A stretch of 64,000 nucleotides of DNA, taken from Ramazzottius varieornatus (Eukaryota > Animalia > Tardigrada). Below, in pieces: positions 45,272 through 57,056 of the stretch. Within the stretch, counting starts at the first letter, position 1; each line of letters starts with the position of its first letter. The DNA lies in contig BDGG01000004.1 of assembly GCA_001949185.1 (NCBI GenBank), positions 3,753,777 through 3,817,776 of the forward strand, written 5' to 3'. Position numbers and translations under genes: made by a program. The notes below the pieces were generated by a model that saw only the letters and a list, made by a program, of their open reading frames with translations, had not been told where the DNA came from and made no database searches.

Positions 45272-48253
45272 TTATTCTTCGTCCAAGAAAAAGGGACCAG
45301 CGTGATGGCCGGCGCCCACCACCTTCATTTGGTCATAGTGGAAATCATCCAAGATTCTTCCAGTGAAATAAAGAATCTGGTACGTTTCCTCTTTGAAAGA
45401 CGACAGTTTACACAAAATCTTGTCAAAATACCATTTGCGCGTAGGCTTTTCTGGCTGCGCCATATCCCATTGTGACACACCTGGATCGAAGATCAGCAGA
45501 CCGACCTTGTCCATCCACTTATCCCGCTCCTTCTTATCCATGCACGAACTGGAGCAGGAGTTCTGTGGTACTTGGGGGTAACCGGTAACGTCCATACCGA
45601 TAACCGTCCGCGAGTGACCTAAGAACAAAAAGGAACGAAACGATTAGGCAGCCATGACAAGAACAGTAAACAGTCGGTCGACAGGCATAAATGCGTCAGT
45701 TCGAGTAAACCTGCATACAGGAAACCAACACCTAATGCAACAAACCGTATGTAGGTGCATAACATGATGCGCGACCATAATACATACGAGGAACACAAAT
45801 GCACCTGCATACCGGATCATAGTAGAAACCATAGAGATTACTGTATGTAGGTTCACGTGTAGTATTACTTGTGAAAGAAGACATTAGGAAACAGTGCAGG
45901 AAGCGAAGTGAGCTTACCGGCATACTGAATGTAGATAGGAGGAACAAACTTGGAGGTATTAGAGGCATGGAAAGTGAAGTAGTCCAAAATGAACTGGAAC
46001 AACTGTTCTTTCACGTCGGTAGTGCCCTTCGCGCTACAGAAGTCAGCTATTCTCGAGTCAATCCTCAGGGACGAGAACAGACTCTGGACGTCGGCCGTTC
46101 CAATCCACTTGGACGTCTTGACCACCTGGTTCTCCAGTTCACCAGCGGAGTAAACATCGAAACCTTTCTCCCACGCCAGTGACAAAAGCTCCTGCAACCT
46201 CGGGATGTTTGGCACTTTGTCCATCCCCATGTTCTCTATCAAAGTCTCTCTCGTCATGGGCCACTTCAACAGCGCCGCTATCAACATCTACAATCCACAT
46301 TCGCCCCTCATCAATAAACTATAACCATAAGACCTGAACAAGCAAGCTCGGCAAAACTGGTTTCCCAAGTGGCGCACACTTTCAGCCAACAAAACTGGGA
46401 ACGTGCGCCACATCAGAAAACGGATTTGTCGAGTTTGCCGAGCTGAAGACAAACCTGGGTGTTACGGTAGCCACATCCCCATCCAGCATCCCCCAGATCC
46501 TTGCCGTAGAACCCGCTATAGCTCACCATCCGCAGGTTCGGCGCTGTCTTGCCATGCGACGCCGCTGCCACGATCAGCGCCAGCAGTCCATCCCCCGGTT
46601 CTTGGTACTCTTCCCCCGATTGAACCACCTGACCTATCAGTTCACTCACTTGAATCAGCGCATTGAATGCTTCGTTCGAGTTTCCCAGATTGTCCTGCAG
46701 TCGTTGCTGGTACTTGGCTTCATACCCGTCTTCACTGCGATCTGCCGTCAGTCGTTTCACCTGTTCCTCACTCTCATCCGGCTCCTCATACGGAATCTCT
46801 CGGGCTTGAGCGCTGAGAACCGAGGCCAGAGCGCGTAGCTGAGCGAAAGGTTCGTTGGTGAAACCCACAGAGTTCGAGTCGTCCGAGTCTTCGCTGGCAT
46901 TTCGGTCTAGATTGCCAGCCAGAACCTTCTGGACACGAACTAGCAGTCGTTCTTGCTTGGTTGGGCGTTTCGGCTTCTCACCGTTCCTCAGTCGCAGCTG
47001 ACGAGTGACAGGATAGTCCTCGTCCTTTGCCCGCTCTCGTCGCTTGCCCTTTACGACGTCTTTGGGGAGCTCGAAGGTTTTGTCACGTTCTTCCGATGTC
47101 TGCTCTCGGCGATGATGAGAAGATGTACCTGAAAACAGCAGTATTGACGTTGGGATTCACAGTAGATTAATCGTCATCATAATATCTGGTACACAGGCAA
47201 ACAAACTCGATAAGAGCATTTTTTGAAGTGACGCGCGCCACTAGCCAACAGCACTACAACCATGCGCCACTTGGGAAAACCTTTTGGAAGAGTTAGTTTG
47301 CCTAGCGTACTTGTGTCGTTAGTGGACAGAATGGAGCCTCTATGAGATCGCTTGGAGCCACTTCTATCATCCAAGATTTGGATATCCGGGGCATTGTCGA
47401 ATTGGAAAGGGCTTTCTTGTCGGACTTGAACGGACATCTTCGTACGAGGAGCAACCACAGGAATGTCAGGAGATCCAGAATGAGCGCGCTGATTTCTCGA
47501 AACACACAGATGGCTTCGGCTGAACCCACTGGACGTCGAAGGTAGATGTCTCGGGCCAACCGGATGACTTTGCAGTGAACCCTGGGACGTCGAAGGTTCG
47601 TCTCCAGCCTGAAGATGAAGGTTCATGTGGTGAACGAGAGCCTTACTGTCTTCACATACCTTTTTACAAGGCGACATTGGACATGTGGGTAGATCCGAAA
47701 CGTTGACGTGTTCGGTTCTGCTAGTTAGAAGAGTTGAGCCTGGAAATACTGGCACAGAAGTGACGTTTATGATAGGAACAGATTTACGAGACAGCAGTGT
47801 CACACCCGAGCCACTCTCCCCGCTGCTTCTGGACGCTGGACTGGAGGAGAAGTCACCAAACTCATGGCAGCCATTCGTTACGCTAGGTGGCGACCAGCTG
47901 CTCAAGTCGGCTGGAGGTGTACAGCTGGAGGACGACGTCGATGACTGGTTAGTGCGGACGGTGGCCCAGTGTTCGTTATGGATGTGAGCTAACACTTCGT
48001 CCGACTGATTGCTCTGGAAGCCACAGTTGTCGTTCGGGCCAGGGAACAAGCATTTGAACCTCTTGGCAGCGTCCCGTGGAGGGAGATCAGGCAGAGAGAC
48101 GATTCTTTGGGCAGGAACAGGTGGTAGTAGAGAGTTGGAATGATTTCGACTAGCTTGTTGATCGGCAGCCCGTTTCACAGCAGCTAATGCGTTTCGCTTG
48201 CGGGAAGATGGCGTGTCGGGGATGGGTATTTCAGGAGACGGTGTAGATGGCAT
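45272..48253 (-). CDS. ZUP1: Zinc finger-containing ubiquitin peptidase 1 (ZUFSP, peptidase C78 fold)
   Basis: DAGWGCGYRNTQ|ML (catalytic Cys), VPNIPRLQ...AWEKGFD, KWIGT, PPIYIQYA|GHSRTVIG (His), LLIFDPG (Asp), YQIL. Two N-terminal C2H2-like fingers. Confidence 0.9.
46347..46442. repeat. Fold-back intronic element, copy E
   Basis: CTCGGCAAAAC..TTTCCCAAGTGGCGCAC-25 nt-GTGCGCCAC...GTTTGCCGAG, in ZUP1 intron ~46288-46454. Confidence 0.75.
47196..47302. repeat. Fold-back intronic element, copy F
   Basis: GGCAAACAAACTCGATAAGA..AAGTGACGCGC-25 nt-ATGCGCCACTTGGGAAAAC...GTTTGCC, in a ZUP1 intron. Confidence 0.72.
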
Positions 48254-49278
48254 AGTTCCCGAGCTCCCTCAACTACAAGAACACAGTACGGACTGATCAG
48301 CAAATGCGTGACCATTCAAAGTGGATTACACAACTCGCTGGAGTGGCTCGATCAGCTTCAAGCTCACAACAAAGATGCAACCCCTCACCGAACAGAGACG
48401 TCTGCCGTTCCTCACGCGTATGTCACCATTGAGGACGACGGTGGCTGAAATCCTTACAGCATTCCGGCACGAGAATAAGCGCAGATGAGATCAAGGATTC
48501 CAGGGGCAACCAAATCCAGAGGTGATCTTGGGGTTCTTGGCTTTGGGAGAAGTTTGATTGAAAGCAAATGGAGAAGACTCTCAGAAGATGCCAAATGAAC
48601 GAAGATCTCGATGCTCCGATCAGAAATTCAGAAACCGCACGAGGATAATGGATTAGCTACGGTGTATTCTGTTATATTATGACCTACTATATGTCCGTAA
48701 TTACTGCATTTATGGCACGTAATTACACCAAAATATTTGCTGATAAAGCGTAGTTTCCGAACTAAACGCCATCGTATGAACGGACAGGACCTTTACCCAA
48801 ACATCGGGAAGATGCAGCACGACTGTCCACTTATCTGCGGTACGAGTACGTCAATTTTCAAGGATCCAGCGCGGCAATTTGTTTCGGCTTGGGGAACCGC
48901 AACGTCATCTTCTGTCATTGCAACACTGTTCAGTAGCTTTCGGCAGGACTTTCTATGCTGAGTAACTATATTTAAAGTCTACTCAGATTCGGCAACGCTT
49001 GAGAGTTTTCCGCAATTATTTCCAGTTTCTGACAGTTCCTGGACTTCCTGGTTCTTTTGAACAGCGGAACCGAGGATGTGACGTAACCATGTCGTGTAAA
49101 GAACACGCACTTTGCGAAAACTCTAAATACAATGGTGACATACTAACACTACCGCACCAGTGACATGACAATTGACAAAACCTGAATTATGGTTGTCCTT
49201 CCACCGTGTCCATGAGAGTCTCTTCAGCTTGCTGCTCTGCCGAGTACCAGTTTACGGTTGTGGTTCTGCAACTTCTGA

Positions 49279-52200
49279 ATGGTGTTGCGTGTCCTGTGCC
49301 GAACGTTTGTGTGTACCATCAAAGCAGAGTGTTCTTCCAGCTACCGGAAATCGCCTCTTATCAACTGTCAGCGTGGACAGCCGCTATCGTCAAAGCCGGT
49401 GTGGGGATCAAAGAAGCGACAGAAGTATCTCGAGAAATTCCGTACAGAAACCATGGCTAATCCTGACATTGAAGGCACTCTTGCACCGCTGCGTTCATCG
49501 GTGAAAGAACAGGTAAGGACAGCCTTGAGTTGCTCTTTGGCTCGCAAAGCTACGTCGATATCAACTTGGACAACTTCTGGTGGGGCTTATGTATAGCAAT
49601 AGTACTATGTTCGTTCTTCCTACAGGGAGACTACGTCCGTGATCTGAAAGCCAACCAGGGATCCGAAAATGAGCTGGCGAAAGCTGTAAGCGAGCTGAAG
49701 TTACGAAAGCGGTTGCTGGAAGAAAAGGTAAAAGTGCGGATGGGCCGAAAGCCGCAGTTAATGAAGTATATATAGTATAGCGATATCCTCCGTATAGGAA
49801 CTTGAACTATCCAAACCAGCCGGAAATGAATTCGACCGCGTGAAAATGGAAGATCTGATCAAGCGCCGGTTCTTCTACGACCAGTCCTTCTCGATTTATG
49901 GAGGTGGGTTCACCGATTGGAATGACGGTCTTTAAATGGGATTTGCTGTACTTAACTTCGCGCGTTGTCTGCCTTTCTCATCAGGTGTAACTGGCCTTTA
50001 TGATTTCGGACCGATGGGATGCGCCATAAAAGCCAACCTTCTTAGCGCCTGGCGCAAATTTTTCATCCTTGAGGAACAGATGTTGGAAGTTGACACCAGC
50101 TGTGTTACTCCCGAACCAGTCTTGAAGTATGTGGGTAGGGTACTGTGACGCGGAAGTTCATTCTCGCCTCTAATACAGTATAGTGAATTTCATCTCTTTT
50201 CGTTATAGGGCTTCTGGGCACGTGGATCGTTTTCTGGACTACATGGTGAAAGATGTCAAAACCGGAGACTGTTTCCGTGTTGACCATCTGATCAAAGCTA
50301 GCCTTGAGGACGCGCTGAAGGACAAGAAAGTGTCGGAAGATGATAAGAAGGAAGCGCGGGAAACTCTTGGAAAGGCAAGTAAACCTTCGTATCGTCGCTT
50401 GTGATTTCCTTATGGGATAGACTCATTGGAAAAGAATGCACGCATGTGAACGAGTTGTGATGCACAAATTTCATGTACAGATCGATGCATTGGACAAGGA
50501 CGGGTTCGCCACTGCTGTCAAAAGGTGGAAGATGAAGTCGCCGATAACAGGAAACGATCTTTCGGAACCGGTGGAATTCAACTTGATGTTCGGGGTTTCG
50601 ATCGGGCCTACTGGCTTGGTTCGGGGGTAAGCAGTCTGTTTCCGATCTTGGCTAATTCATATCATAAGTTCGCGCTATCGTGAAAAATAGGAGCTTTTGG
50701 AACTGTGAACAAACCGATCTTGAGATCTGTATGTTCAATTAGGTTTCTGCGACCGGAAACGGCACAAGGGATCTTCGTCAACTTCAAGCGTCTCTTGGAA
50801 TTCAACCAAGGAAAGCTACCATTCGCGTGCGCACAAATCGGGAATGCCTACCGCAATGAGATATCTCCCCGAAGTGGCCTTCTTCGTGTTCGGTGAGTTC
50901 GTCCACGACACTTCCTTTCTTTCGTAATCATCTTTTTGAAGCAGTCTTGAGCATCAGAGTTATATGTGACAGAGAGTTTACTATGGCTGAAATCGAACAT
51001 TTTGTCGACCCGACCAACAAGGATCACCCCAAGTTCGACAATGTCAAGGACCTCGTATTGACTCTGTTCTCCGCGCCCAACCAGATGGACGGTGTTGCTG
51101 CGCAGAAGATGCCGATTGGCCAAGCCGTTGAGTCTGTAAGAACGAAAGATCTTTTTATTTGTCAACAAAGTGTAAGACTCTGACCGTCTTATTTTCGCTT
51201 TAGAAACTTGTCGCGAACCAAACGTTAGGATATTTCCTTAGTCGAGTTTACCTCTTCTTGACGAAAGCTGGAGTGGACCCTAGCCGCATCCGATTCCGAC
51301 AGCACTTAGGAAACGAGATGGCCCATTACGCGTGCGATTGCTGGGACGCCGAACTGCTAACTAGCTATGTATGGAGTCCTCATAGTAAATATAAATAAAT
51401 GTAGTTTATGTGAAGTATTTCAGTATAAAGTCCTAATATGGATGTTTTGTAGGGTTGGGTTGAGTGTGTTGGGTGTGCTGATCGTTCCGCTTACGATCTA
51501 TCCCAGCACTCTAAGGCCACGGGAATCTCCCTCATTGCGGAAAAGCCTCTACAGCAACCGGTGACCGTCGATGTGGTGGAATGTGTTCCCAACCGAGCCG
51601 TGATGGGAAAAGCGCTGAAGCAGGATCAGAAGAAGGTTCTCGATCATCTGAGTTCGCTACCCGAAGCGGACCTTTTGGCTTTGGACAAGGAACTCCAGTC
51701 TTCAGGGTACGCTGGTTCGTCGCAACCGTTGCCGAATAAGTACTTTTTCATAGTTTTCTTGTCGGAATAGGAAATCGGCGTTGAACATCGGAGGTGCGGA
51801 GATTAGCTTGACCAAGGAGATGCTGGAAATTAAGAAGTATCAGAAGACGAAACATGGTTAGTGCTCATATGGAACACTAATACAGTACTAAGCTGGTTGC
51901 ATCGTGAGAATCACGTTTGATCTTTTCTAGTGGAGGAGTTCACTCCTGGGGTTATCGAGCCGTCGTTCGGTATCGGTCGAATCATGTACTCTATCATGGA
52001 GCACACTTTCCGTATGCGAGAAGGGGATGAACAGAGAACTGTAGGTGCCGCTAAGTTGAACAAGATGACATTGGTCGTCCTTCTTGTAACTCTTTGTCCT
52101 TCCAGTACTTTGCGCTTCCGCCACTTATTGCTCCATTCAAATGTTCGGTTCTGCCACTAAGTTCCAATCCTGAATTCCAGCCATTCGTCAAACAGCTATG

Positions 52201-52672
52201 TAAGTGAACATATCTTCGTTTTTTGACTCTGTGCTGACGTGCAGGCCAGTGACGATAACTTCCTCCGCTGTGTAGCGAAGGACCTGACACAGAACGACAT
52301 TTCTCACAAGATCGACGACTCTGCTGGATCTATCGGGCGTCGCTACGCCCGAACCGATGAAACAGCCGTACCGTTTGGTATTACTATTGACTTCGATACT
52401 GTGAACAACAAGCCCACCACAGTCACGCTCCGAGACCGCGACTCTATGGAGCAAATTCGACTTCCGGTGAGTTGAAATCCGATCAAACGATTCGCCGTAT
52501 AGGCTGCGATGATCTAGAGTTTGTTTCGTAACTAACTGGATGTGTTTGCCTGCAGATCGAAGAGGTGGTTCCCCTAATTGGCAGCCTGGTGAAGGGCCAT
52601 GCTACATGGAAGGATGCTGTCGAGAAGTTTCCCAAGTTCACCCAGCAGGAAACGATAGCGAAGAAAGAGTAG
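49279..52672 (+). CDS. GARS1: Glycyl-tRNA synthetase (with WHEP domain)
   Basis: [11 protein letters not shown]|GDYVR (WHEP), [14 protein letters not shown]|[47 protein letters not shown]|[48 protein letters not shown]. Confidence 0.97.
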
Positions 52673-52967
52673 AACTGGCGGATATTGTCTTCTGGGAATT
52701 CGGTGTTCGGTTTTATACTGTTTTTTATTTATCTTACAGATGGTATTTTCTGTCCAGGCTTTATGTTGGCGTCAATGGCACTTTCAGTTGTTACTTACAC
52801 GACTTATCAACGAGAGAAGTTCTGTTGAGAGACGAACTGTATTGCCGGAAATTCAGGAGAAGCTGGTCTCATCATCTGTTGTTACATGTGGCGTAATTCG
52901 AACAAGTATAACAGAGCAGAGAACAGTACAGAAATATTATAACCCAAAGCTTTAGGAAGACGCGTAT

Positions 52968-53358
52968 TAGAGCACTGGGCCGCAGGTCCACAAGTTCGCT
53001 GCAACTGTGCTGCGCCCATTACCAGGGCGCTGTACGCCGCGCTGTGCTGCACAACTTTCATGCCCAGTGGCTAAGCAGCTGTGCTGTAGATGCACGTTGA
53101 CCTGGTGCAAATGCGCGGAACGCCTATGTATTGAGGTGGTTTGTAACTCAGTCAGTGAAATCGGTAGTCAATCTGGAGAACGTTGCCCTAAAGTACGGCA
53201 AAGCTGAGACGGCTGACGTTCGAATGCCCAAAAACTGTAATTTTTGTCAGGTTTCGGTAGGTGCATCTGCGCGGTAGTCTATGGCTTTCTGCTGCATGCT
53301 GTGATGTGCAGCACAGCTGCAGTACAGTGCGGCGCATGCGGCCAGATTCCGTGCTCTA
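52968..53358. mobile_element. hAT-type MITE family B, copy 2 (391 bp)
   Basis: Termini TAGAGCAC...GTGCTCTA, with exact 8-bp TSD ACGCGTAT at 52960-52967 and 53359-53366. Confidence 0.9.
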
Positions 53359-53367
53359 ACGCGTATA

Positions 53368-53642
53368 CAGTCCGGTCGATCGCGTATACAGTCCGGTCTG
53401 GTACCTATTTCTCCGATTTTGTTTCGAAGTCTGCTACACATTCGCCATACAGCACGACAAGCCAAGGCCGAGATTACGTTGCACAAAAATTACACCGTAG
53501 CTTTACTGGTGTGATCAAGTAATCAACCAGCATGTGGACCGGCTGTGTTGGTATGGCTCGCAGTATCGTTAATTTCGCATGATCTCTTTATTTTAAAATC
53601 GCGAAATCAGGTACGCGTACCAGATTTCGAGCGACCGGACTG
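53368..53642. mobile_element. Possible Tc1/mariner-type MITE remnant
   Basis: TA|CAGTCCGGTCG at the left (duplicated as a 21-bp tandem) and CGACCGGACTG at the right. The right flank is TG rather than TA. Confidence 0.4.
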
Positions 53643-53886
53643 TGTAAAAACAGTTTCGCGTTGCAGTAGGCAGATGATAACAAAATTAACATACTGTACA
53701 CTGCCAAAGAATGACGAACATCTGCAAAGCTCGTCAAGCAGACTCTCATCCGATTCCGACGTTCCGGTGCAGATCTGAGGTTGCTGTCAAAGTGATACTA
53801 TGGTGCGAATACTGAGTTAAGAATAAGGTAGATGGGAAACTCTGAAGGCAGGAGATGCTATTCTGTCTATTGTCGAAGACAAAACC

Positions 53887-56596
53887 TTACAAATTCTGCG
53901 TGCGACACCCCAACCGCACATGAACATTCTTCTTTCTCGGCTGATGTAAGCGACGAATCAAACCGATATTATTTCTGGATTGCTGGGTGCTCCAGTGCTG
54001 CGCGATCGATCTGTTACCGAACTGTTCCAAGCGGTGCTCCACTTCTTCAAAGACCGGCGAGAAGCACCCCATACCTTCATTATGCAAATCGCGGCCTTTT
54101 TCGCCCAGACGTTCGAACACGGGGCGTTTGGCTTCAATGCGAGGACGTTGTGTAGCTGTCCTGGATGACGGTGACGTTACCATGGTCGAACGATCGTTTG
54201 CGCTTGGCGGTAGAATTGGCTGACGGGCTGGATTGATTTCCCCGCTTCGTAGTGGTTTCGATCTGGGCGTCACCGGTGATTTCCCAGGTGACGTGCGAGG
54301 TATCGTCGTACTCTTGTGAAGAATGAGCGTTGCTTTTTTCGGAGGCGTCGTCGGAGTCGGTAGCAGCGTACGACGTCGTTCAATGTAGTTCAGAACCAAG
54401 GGCGTAACGATATCTGCAAGAGAAACAATATTCTAACGCTGATTCTTATGTTTGGAAAATATCCCAAAGAAGAAGACGAGCGTCGTCTGCAAAAACACTG
54501 CTACACTTCTAAACGGTGAGGTTACTTTTTGTGGGCGACGAGAGCGAACTGTCGTCCGAAACAGCGTTTGCCGCTCGTGAAGAATCCGGCTGAGCGGAAG
54601 GCCGGGCTCGCAGACGAGGGTCCTGTGGGGCATCAAAAGGTCCTGTCCCAGTGTTCTCAGCGGCCCGCATGCCATTAAGATTCATTCTTTCGAACGACGT
54701 CTTCAATGGACTTCCGTTAGACGCTCGTGCCGGTGTATCCTCACTTTGCTTTTCGTCGTGAGAAGATCCTTGAGTAGCTGACCAATTCATATCTAAAACA
54801 CAGGAACGACTTTGAAATTTAGTACGTTAGAATTATGATGTGACTGTATCGATATACAGTTGAAAAACCTCCAGATTTCTTACTGTTCATATTCTCACGG
54901 GATCGCTGGCGGTTTGTGTGGTGAGGTGCATCTTCAGCTTCCTCGTCACTGCTATCATAGCATCTTCGCTTCCTTTTCCGCGGAGCAAAAGCAGCATCGG
55001 GACCAGCAGAGACTACAGGCGCGCGCATCTGTTGCGGCTCTGTCCTGTCTTTGGGCGGCAGCGTGATATACGGGCGCAACAGGTTGCCAGTGCCAGGCAG
55101 CTTCAAAGTCGGCGAAGTACTATCCTGAGCAGCCTGCTTCGAACCCTTGAGCACAGCTAAGCACAGAAGCTCCTTTCGACAGCTCTGAATGAGCGGAAGT
55201 TGAATACATGAAACAGAACATGTTAAAGGTTATGGAGAAAATTTCGTTTTTGCTGTCATTAAACGGCATACTTTGTGGAGGTAGAAGAAGCTTCGCTGAT
55301 ACTGAAGTTTGGTATCTCTGGACAGCACAGAATCTTTCTCGTTGTAGGTCAGCTCGTGCAGACGCACTGCGACGATGTAGGAAGCAGCGTCTGAGATGCG
55401 GTTTGCTTCTACTACCGGGAAACAGTTTTTCGCGATCAGCCAGATGCAGCTGCATACCGCCATGTCGTCGGTTCTGAACATGATAACATTAGTGTCAGTT
55501 CCTCGACATCCTATTATGACTTTTAAATTTATGTCGTTACGTACGGACTAGATCCATTCGCTTTCAGCATAAGCCACAGCATATCCAGCAATGAATTGCA
55601 ACGCTCTTTCGTGGCATACTCTAACAGCAATTGCGGCACTGCTTTGCCGTGCAACAGGTGGGTTCGTTTGGTGGGAACCTTCGCCTGTGAGATGAGAAGA
55701 TGGTTTCTGTGGAATTTCATAACGAGATTGACTACCATTTTCCTGTGGGAACTTGTTCCACTTACCCACTCGTGAGCTTGCACCGCACAACCAGCGAGGA
55801 ATCTGTAGATACGCAAGCGGCAACCACCGGGATACTTCTGGATATCACCGGGGAGCTTCGCGCGCAAATGCTTCACAAAGGAAAAAATAACACCACAAAT
55901 ACTGCTTATCAGGCTGCTTTCTTCCAAGGAATATGTAAACCTAGACAACTCCTGCAAATAGTGTATTCAGGTTTGGTTCACAGTTTTTTGCGAGATTCAA
56001 ACTGCTGTACCGGTACTTACTTTCAAGACATTCTCGAAAAACAGCGTAAACATTTCCAGCACCTTTTTACGAACAGCCGCACCGGAAGCAGGATCCATGA
56101 AAAGCCATAGTGCAAGTCGAGCCGTCTTTACCATCAAAGGTTTGCTTTGAAGGCTGCAGAACAACATTATAATAAGGCCGATTAGTTCGAGAGCCAAGTT
56201 AGGGAGATTTTCAAGTTTCGTCAGACCACCGACCTCATTTCTTGCAACCACTGCAGTCCGAAGGCAGATACTTCTCCATCCCGGAGCTTCTCTACCGTTA
56301 TTAGTAGTTCGGTCGAAATCTTGTCCACTACTGCAGTCGTCTTGTTGGGTATTTCTTTGGCCTGCAGAAGAGCAACCAAGTTTTAGTAGAAGGACGCCGG
56401 TGATGTCTGAACGAGACTCCGAATGCCACCTTTCGGAGCGAATCCAGCTGCGCCTCCGGAACATCCGACTCTGCAACTTCTTCAAGTAGTTTTTGAACCT
56501 TCAGAAAGATAGTTGCACGTCACTTAAAGAAGACATCGCAATAGACTAAGATGAGACGGAAAGATTCCATACTTCATCTGCTGGAGATGGGTTCAT
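53887..56596 (-). CDS. Uncharacterised multi-exon protein: helical N-terminal half, basic S/T-P-rich disordered C-terminal half (3' end uncertain)
   Basis: Consecutive minus-strand exons with GT-AG borders: MNPSPADE|VQKLLEEV...; KPLMVKTARLALWLFMDP...; FTYSLEE...; ...PRKRKRR...; TPTTPPKK...SPGKSPVTPR. Divergent from NHP2. Confidence 0.6.
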
Positions 56597-56990
56597 CTTC
56601 GTCAAAGTTCAGAGAGCCGGCTTACGTCGGCTTCTGGACAGGAGTGCGTTTCGCTCCACCTGTTCAGAGCTCCTGTGAACATCTATGACATTTCCAAGAC
56701 TTTCAGACGACGTTGAAGGAAGGTCCGGAGACTAAAGTCACCGGAAGGAGCAAGCGCGTAGGATTTGGATTTTGGAAAACAATAACATGCGTTTGCGGAG
56801 CCAAACGGACTGGGTCTGAGGGCTGAAACCGCTTCGCCTAGAATTACATAAGTCTCCGCCTCGCTGCATCTATCTTTGTTAATTGCCATCTCAAATCAAG
56901 AATCAATCGAGGCTATCTAGGAAAATTCTGACCGAAATAAATTTCAGCTACCACTAAACCAGAAATCTTCCTAGTTTGAAACTGCTTCGA

Positions 56991-57001
56991 TCTTTCTTTT
57001 C
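56991..57001 (+). promoter_or_regulatory. Putative TCT/TOP-like pyrimidine tract upstream of NHP2
   Basis: TCTTTCTTTTC about 60 nt upstream of the ATG. The TSS was not observed. Confidence 0.3.
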
Positions 57002-57056
57002 GGCCTGTTGTCTTTTGTATAAGTCTAGTTGATGCTGTTAGCTCAGCGGTTCAAAC

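Noticed and set aside
30272-47302. CRISPR-like interpretation of conserved arms with fixed-length variable spacers
   Set aside because: The copies are dispersed inverted repeats in introns, not a tandem direct-repeat array. The spacers share a motif, there are no cas genes, and the DNA is eukaryotic.
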